DNA of 64,000 nt, taken from contig CM102290.1 of assembly GCA_046563655.1 (NCBI GenBank), positions 11,036,001 to 11,100,000 of the forward strand, in the 5' to 3' direction. This document shows, piece after piece, positions 27,001-38,630 of this stretch. Position numbers and translations under genes: made by a program. The stretch comes from Yuukianura sp. NJ FZ-2021 (lineage: Eukaryota). The notes beneath the pieces are model-generated. The model was not told where the DNA came from, did not search any database, and saw nothing but the letters and a program-made list of their open reading frames with translations. The first letter of the stretch is position 1. The number at the start of each line of letters is the position of its first letter.

Positions 27001-30000
27001 TTAACCTGTTCACTTTTTGGAGAAAAGACAACTTTTGACGTTTTGTATCATTAAATTTTGAAATGACGAGCAACAACGGTTAAAGGTCCGTGTCAACCTG
27101 CTCTTTTTCTGGACTCGTGCACCCTGGATTTTGAACTTTGAAACGGGCAGGGGGCGAGGGGATTGAAGTTATTAGCTTAATTATCAAAGAGTATCAATGG
27201 CATCTTCTGGTTCGGTGCTCAAAGTTCCTAACCAAGCCACTTTACACTCTAAAGTTGTCAATCCCGTGCACAAGGTGCTTTGATACCTTAAACTAACTCA
27301 AACATTTTGTGAACGAAACGAAAAAGAAAGTTGGAGAGCTTTTCTTTTGGGATTTTGGCAAAACTCGTTTTCTGGACATTTTTGAAAATTCCTGTTTTTA
27401 ACTCGTCGCAAACCATTTTCAAGCGTTTTCCGACAAAAGAAACTTTTACAATTATGGACAGATAAATCACTCACATTTTTTGGTTTTCTAATACGTTTTC
27501 AAAAAACTGTAAATTTTTGTTCCTATTAAATTGAAAATGATTTTTGATACGTGCCCAGTAAATGGTAGGTGCTTGAGCTACGAATGATAAATGATTCATA
27601 ACAATTTTCAGTTTAATTGATTTCCGAGAAACGACAGTTGGACACGAATGGCGTTGGGTCAGGTAACGACTTGGACTAAACTAATCGTCCAAGTTGCGAT
27701 CCTATAGTTACTAGGTTAGGTTATGGAGAAAGTTATGCATATACAACATAAGGTTTAGAACATGCAATATAAATGAACAGAACGCATTCAGACTGCAGTA
27801 TGAATGTCAGCATTAGGATATTGTTCTGCAAAAGGGGCGTGGCTTTGGAAGCTGATGATGATAGGAGCACTTCCGTGCAGCTCATCAGGAGCTTCCTAGG
27901 ACAAGGGTGATGAACAATTATGCACTTTGTAAGTGGTGATTGATGGTGATGCGCTTTCTGGAAGGGGGATGAAGAAGAATAGGAAAACGACCAGGACACA
28001 AGTCATGGCGGTGACAAAGTCTCTGTTCTATGGCTTCTGACTGAGGGAGACTTTGGACTAGAGTAGTAATTTATGTAATGATTCATTAGACCAACCCTAG
28101 CTGCTTGCTTCTCCTTAGTAGTTTCAGTGGAGCTAAAACTGGACTTTCTCCCTTCCAGTAGTCGCTTCTGGCAACTGGAAGTCTTGACAATTGAGGTCTT
28201 TGATTTGACGTGAGTACTTCCTACCATGGGTGTGGGAAGATTGATTAGAGGGCTCTCCCCTTCTCCACCAAAGGACTCTTCAATTTAGTCTCAGCTTAAT
28301 TAACGAGAGGGGGAAGTACAAGGACCCACTTCGTGGTGACAGATTCATCAGCAGCGTTCGAAGGTCATCAACAGTATTGGCAGGTCATCAGCTCCGCCGA
28401 AGTGTGTTGAATGTACCGGCGAGGGTTTCTGGAGGCGCTGAAACGGGTTTCTGGAGGCGCCAAAGTACTGTGAAAGGTTTCTCGAAGCATCGAACTTTTG
28501 TAGATTCACGGAGATACTGGCGAAGCATTCTTGAAGCAACAACGGAAAACCGGCCGCTAGTTCCTAGAGGTACCGATCGATACCGAAACATGGCCGGTAC
28601 TTCCTGGAGGTACCGCAGTATCGCTTCCAGGGTTTCTAGAAGCAGCGTGGATGCTGCGTGCGAAATCGAGGCAGGTAGGGAACGATTTCCGAAAAACTGT
28701 GATGAGAAACAATCTTGAGGAGCTCTTCTGCAATTTGATTGGCCGTTTAGGTTTTCTTCCCGGAATTTGAAACATATCCGAATCCGGTTCCCCCTTTTTT
28801 TTAATACTATTCATTTCAAGTGATTTCCTTTTCGGATTTATTTGGAAATTTCAAAGTTCGTAGGAAGAGAAGAGAGGATTTGGCGGAATTGAAATTTGAA
28901 ATTCCGGATTCTCGCGTTTTTTTGAAAACCGGGATTTGGGAAGTAGTAGTGGTGGCATAACTTTCTCTTCCGCTTCTTTATGCTGCTTTCCACCCTCCCT
29001 TTAGCTGCGTACAGCCACCTAAAGTTGAAATTAATGAAGAATGGATGAAAGTTGAGACTTGACACGTGACGAGACTGGCGTAGTAGCTTTCCCTACCATC
29101 ATGGTAGTACTATAAGCTAGGAACAGGATTTGGATTGAATGAAACCCACAAGGAAATAACAATAATAGAATTGAGCAGTGGATCTGAGGATCCTTCAAGT
29201 CCTCCTTCGCTGTAGGGAGCCTTTTTTGAACGGAATTGTATTTGAACATTCCCAGACTTTTTCGACTATCCCTATTTCATCATTTACTCCTGCGTTCTAC
29301 CGAAAGACGACGAATGTGGAGATTTGTCCCTGCAGAATGAACAAAAACTCGGCAGCACAAGATTTCCATTTCCAAATCCAGATCAAAGTCTCTTCCACAG
29401 CCCTTTGGAGTCGAGAGCTCAAATTGAATTTGACGGGATTTAGGGAAGGCAGGGGACCCTTGGCTTCCCTTTAAGGGCCACTGGCATGTCACATTCATTT
29501 AGGAATGTGTTGAGTTCTAGGGATGAGTTTTCGGGGAAAAATTGAAAAGCTTAACTTTCACTTTAAAAAGTTAAAACCAAGTTGATGTCAATAAGGCTCA
29601 AAAACTTTGGAGTTTTCTTTTCTTTTGAAATTTATGAAGGGAAAGCGCGCTAGGGGAAAAGCAGGGAAAATTCTTTTTTCTTTTGGAACTCCTAAAAAAA
29701 GCGTGGCGACATTCTTCGTTAGAGTTCCGTGTCAATTTGCAACACAAATTTATTTCCAGATGTCAAGGGCAAGGTCAGAAACGGTGATCACGTTACGTTT
29801 TAATTGTAGAGTCTGGTAAACACGGGGCGTCAACCGTCAGCGTGGCAATTAACGTTTTAATTACAATAATAACCGTTTTAATCGAAATCGAAATGAGAGA
29901 ACGAGAGAGGGGTTAGAAAATGATCGATTATCGATACTGTTTTCGAGTTTTCAAGGAATTAATATAAATAACGTCTGTATGAGTACGCTCTAAAGTTGTT

Positions 30001-33000
30001 GAAAGTCCTTGAAATTCTAGGAGTCGCTGCATATGAATTTAAATTATATACTTTTCAAAATCAGTGTATTACGTAAACTTATGCAAAACAATATTTTTTT
30101 TGCAGATAAAACCGCTGAGTGGTCCAATTGAAGGCGGAACGCTAGTGACAATCGAGGGGTCAGATTTGGGTCTGAAGGACGAAGATGTCCGGGGAAAGAT
30201 TCATATTGGTCATGTTCCATGTATATTGAAAGACTATCAGGTGAGTAGTACTTTATAGTAGTGGATGTTGATACTAACGTGCAATCCATAAGTAATTACA
30301 CTAATTGATTAGAGTAGGAAACATAAAAGACAATACTTATTTTGGTTTTCTGTACAGGTTTCTGTTCGAATTGTATGCCAAACGGGCCCCGTGAGTCGAG
30401 AACTGGAGAGTACGATTCAAGTAGGGAATGCTGTTGGTTACACGAACTCTTCCGTGCATTTTAGCTATAAGGTAAAACCGTCCATTTCACTTGTCTTCAT
30501 GAGTAGGATTTTAACACAAACAGGAGTCGATGGAGGGGTTATTTATTGCGGCTCCATTTATGGCTGAATCAATTGAACCAGTTACAACTGATTAATGTTT
30601 TTATGTCTAAGTTGAAGCTCTGGGCTTAACTAACGGTTTAAGTTTGGTTTCAGAATATTCGCGTAACGGGAGTTACTCCGCAACAGGGACCGAAAAGCGG
30701 CGGGACTCAGCTAACGATCAAGGGCTCACACCTCAACATCGGATCCTCAGTCCGTGTCCTTCTCAAGAACTACCCGTGTCATGTCAATACAAGTCATTCC
30801 TCAAGTTCCAGAATTACCTGTACGACGTCTGAGGCCGTGGCCAATGAGACTGTAGAACGAATCAGTGTCAGTATTGACGATGCGACGAGAATCCTGTCGT
30901 CAGATACGAACGAGAGGGATGACGGGACGAATGATGGAGAAGGAAGAAAGGGAAGAGCCTTATTTTACTACATGCCGGATCCTACGATAGTCGAGATCAA
31001 ACCGTTGAAGAGCTTTGCTTCTGGAGGGCGCATGATAACCGTCCATGGAACTAATATCGACGCAGTCCAGAGTCCAGAGATGATTGTTTACGGCGGAGAG
31101 GCCGAGAATCTGGTTATAATGAACAGAACGGTAAGAATAATTCATCAAGTTCGTTGAGTTATGTAACGTTCAATTGGTCAAACTTTGTAAGTCCAGTTGG
31201 ATATGCTTGGTTAGATTGATGCTAAATGTTAACGTACAATGTCGCTGGGTGTCATTTTGATGAGTGTTGGAACTTTGTAGACCTGTATTGTGCTAAATCC
31301 GACTCAAATGGAATGCCCGTCACCACCTATCAATGTCATGGAATTCTCCCTGGATTCCGTCACGACCAAACGAGCCGTACGTGGGACAGGGTCGGGATCT
31401 TATGCAGCTCGACGTGGTTCAGGCCTTGAGACGACGAAGGCCATTGGCTTCATCATGGACAACGTCGAGTCACTTCTTCATCTTCACAATTACTTACCGC
31501 CTGACAAGGCCCAGTTAATCTACGTCGAGGATCCTGTCGTCAATCCGTTTCCTGGTAGAGTTAAGCTGTACAAGGGAGATACGCTTGTTATTGAGGTAAG
31601 ACTGTGAATCGACTTTTAAAGAAAACCATTGATCCATGTACAATTAATTGCTGACATTCGACGTGCTTCAACTTATAAATTTTTGTCTCGTCAGGGTGAA
31701 CACTTGAACGAGGCCTGTGATGAGACTGATGTGACAGTTCTGATTGGATCCCAAAAGTGCAACGTCACTTCCCTGGCACAGACTCAGTTGTTCTGCACGC
31801 CACCGGAAGTGCAACCTGCAGCCACGGACGAAGTGGGGTTGCCCCTGGTGACGGTCAAGGTCGGTCAGTTCCTGAGATTCCAAGTAGGCTACCTCCAGTA
31901 TGAGCTGAACAAGTCAAGTCTCTTCCCCGTCGAAGCCTATCTGATTGCCTCCATCTCAGCGCTCATTCTACTCTTCGTCTTTGGTGGAATTGTATTCATC
32001 TATCGGCGAAAGTCTACTCAGGCGGAGCGGGAATACAAACGGATTCAAATACAAATGGATACGCTAGAGAGTAACGTTCGCTCCGAGTGTAAACAAGGTA
32101 AATGGATCCAAATTAAGACTAACCTTCAACTCTCCCTCGTTTCGGAGCAGGAGTCTTTATTGGACCAATTGAGAATCATTTCCTTCTAAAAGTCTCTCTT
32201 GGTCCCTCTAATGGACTCTTTCCAGATCCCAAATTACTCAATTACCATTTGTGAGAGTGCAATAGAATCCTAATGAAATGAGAGTCCTACTCATTACTTT
32301 GAGCAGTTGAACTATGGACATGGAAATGAAATTGAAGTTTTGTTCTATTTCTAATTTTCCAGCCTTTGCGGAACTCCAGACTGATATGAGGGACTTAACA
32401 GCGGATTTGGGAGCTTCTGCTATTCCGACGCTCGATCACAAAAATTATGTTATGAAGGTCTTCTTCCCTGGAGTCTCCGAACATCCAATTTTGAGGGATC
32501 CAAAGGTAAAAAAAAGTGTTTTTAAGTTCTGTATGCATCACGTGACTGTTTTTTAACTCATAACACATACACTGTTACTTTGGATCGTTTGTGCAATGCT
32601 AGAAATTTTGAAGTTTTTTAATCTTCAGACGTTTTCGGGCTTCCCGTTTTTAGCCTAAAATTTTTCGATTTTGAGTCAGAAGCTTTGAGTTCAGTCAGAA
32701 AGTTTTCTTTTTCGCCAAAAATTGTCCGTTCCGTTTTCATTCCTTTCTTTGGCGGGATTTAAAAATCCTTGAAAAGGACACTGGAGAGCTTTTCCTGGAA
32801 CAAAAGTACTAGAATCTGGAACTTAAGTGAAAGGTGGTGTGCAATTGTTGGGAAGGGCTGTGAATGATGAATTGGGGTGAGGATGAGCACATGTTTCTCT
32901 CCAGTCGTCCTCTGAAGTGGAGAAAATAGGCTTGGGGTGTCTTCTGGGGATTTTCTTGACTGAACATGTCATCCATCTTGTCATGTCCTGTTCTCCTGGT

Positions 33001-36000
33001 ACATCCCAAAAGAACAGAACATTTCCCTACTTTCCTCACCACCACAACCATGGAGAACAAGAACCAGGAGAAAGTTCTAGCAGATCCAATTCCAAACTTG
33101 ACTCATTTTTTATTTCGGATAACCAAGATTAGAGTGTAGGGAAGTAGCTGGGACAAGGCGAGTTTTCTGGAAGGGACTCCGGATCTCTGTTCGTCCAAAC
33201 ATAAACAGTTGGACTACTGCTTTAAGGGGGCTCCGGTTCCCTGCGAACTGGAAAATTCTAGAAGGTAGGAATCCCTCTTTCAGTTTTCTAAACTTACGTC
33301 TGTCGTCTCAATTTCAGATCCGGATTAATGGGCCGTCCACAAACTACGATGCTGCGATGAGTCAGTTTGACCTTCTTCTCAACAACAAGTACTTTCTTCT
33401 TACTTTTATTGAGACGCTCGAGTGTCAGCGGGGCTTCAAATTACGTGATAAGTAAGATCCATGTCGGACTCAATTTTCAAAAAGTGTTTTGGGTGGGGCT
33501 CCAACTTTCTGGTTTCTTTTGTTTCAGAGTCAATGTTGCCTCTCTTCTGATGATCATCCTTATGGGGAAAATGGAGTACGCTACGGACATTTTGCAGAGC
33601 TTGCTTCATCGTCTTGTGAACAAATCCGTTGGTACGAAGCATCCCCAGCTAATGCTCCGCAGAACGGAGACTGTCGTGGAGAAGATGTTGTCCAACTGGA
33701 TGGCCCTTTGCATGTACAACTACCTCAAGGACCATGTCGGTCCTTCCCTATTCCTTCTTTTCAAAGTAAGTCATTTCAAACTTTGTGGCGATTGCACAAT
33801 TTCAATTTTTGAAATTTTTAGTTGTTTCCTGAAAATTCCAAATTATAATATTTTAAATTTTGCAATAGAATTAGTATAATAATAATAATAAAAAAATCTG
33901 TTTTCCAGGCGCTCAAGTACCAAGTAGAGAAAGGTCCTGTTGATGCCCTAACTCATGACGCTCGTTACTCTCTCTGTGAAGAACGCCTTCTCCGAGAGCC
34001 CATTGATTACTCAGTCATTGTAAGTTTTTCTTTTGATTATCAAATTCAATCAATTAATTTGTCAAAAACGAATTACTAAAATTTTGTTGGTTTTAGACAA
34101 TCCAACTTGTCCAGGAGGATCCCTACTACGAAAAGATTCCGTACCAAGCTTATCAGGTACACTTTGCTTATTTGTTGCAAACTGAAATATGTGGAATTCT
34201 GGGATTATTTGAAATTTAAGAAGAAGTGTGCCAGGAGAAGATGGGTGGGAGGTTGGTTGATTGGAGATGACAGACGGAGAAAGGAAACTGTTTGGAGTCA
34301 TTTGACTAATCCCTTTTCCGGATTCCTGTCTTTTCTCTCCATCTCCTCATTTCTCATCGTCATCTGTCAGTGCTCATTAGAATTTTGGAAGCCTCTGGAG
34401 AAGGAAGGCTCTGGAAAGGAATTTTGGAAGGGCGGGAAAGGCAGGCGACGCTTGAGAGTTGAGCCTCTTCGTGTTTGGAAGTAGAAGGGAGTAACTATGG
34501 GAGAATTAGAAAGTAGGAGAAAGGAACTAAGCCCCTCCGCCCTTAATAATCCCTTACTCCTCTGATTTAGCCTCCAAATGCTATTTATCTATGCCAGGAA
34601 GGATCCTGAGCTATTTATTTCCCCTCTGTGCTGTATACTTTCCTTCATCAGGCTGTTTTAGACAATGAAGAGGCAGAATTCAAAATGCAAAGCTTCCTGG
34701 AGCCGGGTACGGAACGGTGTGCAGGCGAGCAATATGGAAAACGGTATCTTAACGACTTTATTCCAAGAAAAGATCCAGTTTTTGTATTCAGCCAAGTCCG
34801 TCTCCAGCATATCCGTTTTAAATTAATTGTGTTCCCGTTTAGACTTAAAATGTGATTGGAGCTTAGGGGTCCAAAAGCTCCAACTTTATTTTTGGATTTT
34901 GCAAATCGACCTTGTTGCAAAATAAAATGAGCAGAAACGTAGGATTTTTGCGTGCTCCACGAATCTCGTTAGGGAAAGTGCTGAGGAAAGTCTTTTCGTC
35001 AGTTCTCTAAAAAAAAATCGGTAGTTGGTGTGCCTAATGTTCTACAAAAGTTGGAATCAAAAGGTTTTTTTCAAATTCCAGTTTTCTTCTAAAAGCTGCT
35101 TTTTTAGAAAGTTTTTTTTTGGTTTCGGTTGGAATATGGTTGAATAGGCTTTATGCTGCCTGTGGTCACTTTGGTGGGATGTCATAGAGAAAAACCCGAA
35201 CTTTTTTGTGTAAGAATGTTGTACTAAAGGAACCCAAGTTGATGAATCGTCTCTTGATTTTCTATAGACTTTCCAAATGGTGCAGGAAGAATTAGACGAG
35301 AAGATTCAGTGCAAAGTTTTGGACTGTGATACTATTAGTCAAGTCAAGTCCAAGATTCTGGATGCACTTTACAAGAACACGCATTTCAGTCTTCGACCTT
35401 CCGTCCATGAGCTTGACTTGGGTAAGAACCACTACCACCACAAACACGGTGGAACTCGTGATGTTAATATCGCTTTCTGGAAGTTGGAAATCAAAAGTTT
35501 CGGGTTTCGGAAAAGTAAGTTTCCAGCCTTTAGGTATGGAGTCTGGAAAGGACTTTTCCGAACCGGAAGTAATGAGCAGACCAACTCCCATGTATCAATT
35601 TCCAGCCACTCATTTTTATTTGTCTTTTTTCTTTTCCATTTTCTTAGAATGGCGTCAGGGACAACGGGGTCATTTGACGCTGCAGGACGAAGACCTCACG
35701 AGCAGAAGTATTGGTGGCTGGAAGAAACTCAATACGCTGGCTCATTATGGAGTCAAAGACTCTGCAATTATGTCTCTAGTCACTCGCCACAATGACTCCT
35801 ACAGCAGTAACAACACGTCAATCTGCAAAAAATCATGTAACTTAATACCCCAAATCTTTGGTTTTGGAAATTACTTTGGAATTGAAAATTACTCACATCG
35901 AATTTGGAAAATAATGGGGATACGTTTATTGATTTGGACTGGAAGATTTCTAAAAACGAAATTAGAGAATTCGAATTGTAATGTTGATTTTGTTGCCTCT

Positions 36001-37125
36001 GTTTCAGATTCTGGTGCCTATCTAAATAGTGGAATGTCGCCGACCGTGGGAAACGGGATGAGCATGTCGCTAGGTTTAGGACTTGGTCTTGGATTTGGAA
36101 CTCTGGGCTCTAGTAATCATGGACATAATCATCATTCCCGTGACTCTGCACTCTTTCATTTAGTCCGTCCAATTGAAGAGAACGGAGTAGGAGTAGGCAA
36201 TGGCGGAACGTACTTGGGCAGAGGAACAGGAGCGGGAAAAACGACTCCAACAGAACGAGCTCAGAAGGCCATTCCAGAAATATTCCTCACTCGCCTCTTG
36301 TCTACAAAAGGAACGATCCAGAAGTTTGTAGATGACTTCTTTGATACAATTTTTGCAGTCAACGAAGCTCTACCACCCGCTATCAAATGGTTATTTGACT
36401 TACTCGACGAAGCTGCTCGGAGACACAACATTTTGGATCCTGAAGTTGTGCATGCCTGGAAATCAAATAGGTAAGAACTAAAAACTTAAACTGCATTCTG
36501 CTTGGTCATTGGAATCAAATTTAACTTAATTCTTATCAACTTTTTTGTATTTCTAGTTACCCACTTCGTTTCTGGATAAATTTTATCAAGAATCCTGATT
36601 TCATTTTTGATGTGGAGAAAACTGCGACTGTGGAGGCTAGCCTAGCAGTTGTGATGCAGACGCTGATGGACTCTTGCTCAACGTCCGAACAGCGTCTAGG
36701 AAAGGATTCTCCTTCCAGTAAACTCCTATTTGCCAAAGACATCCCACACTACAGGAACCTCGTGTCAAAATTTTATGCTGACATTCGAAATCTCCCGCAA
36801 ATCTCTGACCAAGAAATGAATTCTGCGATGCAACAACTTTCAATGACCCAAGCATCTCCGTTTGATCATGCTGTGGCGCTCAAGGAACTTTACATTTATG
36901 TGTCCCAGTATAACAATCAAGTACGGACGTTTTATTTTACTTTCTGTTCTGAGAACTGTAGTAAATAATGACTTAATTGATTTATAACTAACGTATTGCA
37001 TCTTTTCTGGCTTTCAGATTCTTGAAGCCTTGGAAATGGACCCCTACTGCAAGAAGATGCACTTGGCTCACCGACTTGACAATGTCACTTGCACTCTTGA
37101 GGGAGAAGAGACATCGATGTGCTGA
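1516..37125 (+). CDS. PlexB: Plexin B-type semaphorin receptor, partial (most of the Sema domain lies upstream of the window). Exons: 1516-1644, 8076-8176, 16858-16990, 21360-21755, 24163-24294, 24911-25015, 25332-25592, 30106-30240, 30358-30471, 30654-31130, 31281-31595, 31695-32097, 32363-32505, 33318-33451, 33528-33765, 33909-34019, 35268-35421, 35648-35836, 36008-36470, 36557-36920, 37018-37125
   Basis: All introns are GT-AG with matching phases. The translation shows PSI repeats ([39 protein letters not shown]), IPT domains ([32 protein letters not shown]), a TM segment, and the plexin RasGAP/RBD region ([65 protein letters not shown]). The B-type call rests on recalled similarity to insect PlexB. 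Confidence 0.95.
8076..8176 (+). CDS. PlexB: PlexB exon, PSI-1 ([33 protein letters not shown])
   Basis: tgcag/gtaaga boundaries; canonical PSI cysteine pattern. Confidence 0.93.
16858..16990 (+). CDS. PlexB: PlexB exon ([18 protein letters not shown]...[21 protein letters not shown])
   Basis: ttcag/gtaagt boundaries; phase matches both neighbours. Confidence 0.9.
20853..21030. repeat. 19-bp GC-rich minisatellite (GCGCAGGTTGTGCGCTGTT, ~9 copies) flanked by AT microsatellite, in a PlexB intron
   Basis: Directly visible; the spurious ORFs here repeat with a 19-aa period. Confidence 0.9.
21360..21755 (+). CDS. PlexB: PlexB exon, IPT-like domain plus PSI-2
   Basis: ORF 21360; tacag/gtaaag; [21 protein letters not shown]. 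Confidence 0.92.
21870..22040. repeat. Degenerate ~28/29-bp tandem repeat (core CATGGGTCAATTTTCATG) with alternating subtypes
   Basis: Four near-exact copies of catgggtcaattttcat plus decayed flanking copies. Confidence 0.75.
24163..25592 (+). CDS. PlexB: PlexB exons 24163-24294, 24911-25015 and 25332-25592 (IPT-like domain and PSI-3)
   Basis: Phase-0 GT-AG introns; [14 protein letters not shown].., [53 protein letters not shown]. Confidence 0.9.
30106..32097 (+). CDS. PlexB: PlexB exons for IPT/TIG domains and the transmembrane helix (30106-30240, 30358-30471, 30654-31130, 31281-31595, 31695-32097)
   Basis: IPT motifs; [24 protein letters not shown] followed by [31 protein letters not shown]. 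Confidence 0.95.
32363..37125 (+). CDS. PlexB: PlexB cytoplasmic RasGAP/RBD exons, ending ...[13 protein letters not shown]
   Basis: Conserved plexin cytoplasmic motifs across 9 exons; TGA at 37123-37125. Confidence 0.95.
34097..34156 (+). CDS. PlexB: Putative alternative 60-nt PlexB cassette exon ([20 protein letters not shown])
   Basis: ttttag acceptor, CAG/gtacac donor, phase 0-0; similar to the start of exon 35268 ([14 protein letters not shown]). Confidence 0.65.
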
Positions 37126-37437
37126 CAAAACGGTAAATCGACTTGATTTGAAACGAATTATATAAACGTAAATTAAAATTTGTTAATAGTTATTTGAAAT
37201 TGTGTGTTTTTAATTTTTGTAGGGTCGCCTCCAAGACCTCCTTCGACTTCATCGTATTGTGATACGACGGCAGAGCAGCAGAGCCGAAACAACTTGTTCT
37301 TCTACCATACCCTGCTACACAACCAAGCGGAATTGATGCGGGAGCGGGAAAATTTAAGATCATCGCCCGTTTCAGGCACTCAAACTTGGTATCGTGAGAA
37401 GAATCGGCTTCCACCGCAGCCCTACCGTCCCTACTAA
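37126..37437 (+). CDS. PlexB: Putative stop-codon readthrough extension of PlexB (37126-37132 spliced to 37223-37437)
   Basis: TGA-CAA-AAC-G/gtaaat...ttgtag/GG-TCG...; in-frame open reading to TAA at 37435-37437. Confidence 0.6.
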
Positions 37438-37494
37438 AAACTTTGACTTCAACCAGTCTAAAGTTTTTTCGAAGGAAACGATTTTGGAGGTGAC
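37224..37494 (+). promoter_or_regulatory. Long-range RNA stem 3' of the PlexB UGA (candidate readthrough stimulator)
   Basis: 37224-37236 GUCGCCUCCAAGA pairs with 37482-37494 UUUUGGAGGUGAC (13 bp, 2 G-U); 37239-37246 UCCUUCGA pairs with 37469-37476 UCGAAGGA (8 bp). Confidence 0.6.
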
Positions 37495-38301
37495 GAGTGA
37501 AACAGACGTCGTCACAAAACTGACTTACTTATGCAACCGTGCCTCAACTTAGCACTAATAATTGTACTACTTAAAATAACTACTTAAGATTAAGTATGAC
37601 ACTGTAAAACCTACTTTTTATCAAACTAATTCAAATCCAGAGTATCTCAGTCGGCCTCATAACAGCATTATACAACACGGATCAAATCAACGTTATCCGA
37701 CTAATCTTTTCACCCGGCTTAAGGAGGTCGTGGCTCTCTATTTTTTCAAGGTGTGATTCCCAACTTACTTAGGCCTCTTCCCCAGCAGAAGGGTTAGACA
37801 TTGTCCGTTCTATCGCTAATGTGGCCAATTTTAACCCTTTTGTTAAATTCAGCGTCAGACCACGGATTCCCCTACATCTGACAACTCTTTTGTAGAAGAA
37901 AAATGTTTGGGCGGTATTGAACACATTAGCGACTGGAAAACTGAGTAGATAGAGTAAAATTAATTTAGTTTTGGCGCCTAAGCTCTTTTTGTAAATCGTC
38001 AAATCGGGCCTCGAGGTTGTCTGTACCTATTTATACTAATTTAGATTTCTTAATGCTCCTTTAGCCTATTTGTTGATTTCAAATTGTTCCCCAAGGACCT
38101 TTGAGGGCCCTTGAAACCGAATGAGAGTCGCTGCTGTAGCTGAGTTATGTTATGGCGTCGACTCTGCCTGCCAAAGAATGGTTGAGCATCACCCTGCGAG
38201 AGTAACTTGATTAAATTTAAAACGAAAAGTTAAATTAATTATATTGAAAGGAAAAAGCATAAGACTTATTTAAATGTAATTGAGAATATAAAAAAAAAGG
38301 A

Positions 38302-38307
38302 AATAAA
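38302..38307 (+). terminator. Candidate PlexB polyadenylation signal AATAAA
   Basis: AATAAA followed by a T-rich tract, ~0.9 kb after the second stop and just before the next gene. Confidence 0.35.
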
Positions 38308-38630
38308 TCCACGCTACTTCGACGAATTCTCCTCTTCTTGTTTTACGATCACTGTGGAAAAGTGTTCCTGGGAAACATTTCAAAGGAAGTATAAAGTTTT
38401 CCTAAAAAAACGCAAATTCTTTGGGGTTGGTTAGCCTTTGCCTATGGGTTTTCGACGGATACACTACCGTTGACATCTCAAAAGTTGGGAACATGAAAGT
38501 AGATACTAGTTCTAATTCCCATAGGCCATCATGTACGTATCCCGTTTTTTTTAGCGTTTCAACGTAAGGTTGTTTCAACGTTTTCAAGTTGAAGTTCGTC
38601 AGTTGGGCTGTGGACATCCCGAATACAACA

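Noticed and set aside
716..29819. Numerous 60-180 aa ORFs in PlexB introns (e.g. 4322-4861 minus)
   Set aside because: Phe/Lys/Leu-biased translations of AT-rich intron DNA, with no recognisable domains or splice chains.
34628..34855. Possible further alternative PlexB exon ([12 protein letters not shown] words in one frame)
   Set aside because: No convincing phase-compatible donor, and the similarity is too short to distinguish from chance.
35326..35647. N-terminal part of the 382-aa ORF 35326-36474
   Set aside because: Off-frame exon plus intron sequence; only 35648-35836 and 36008-36470 match plexin.
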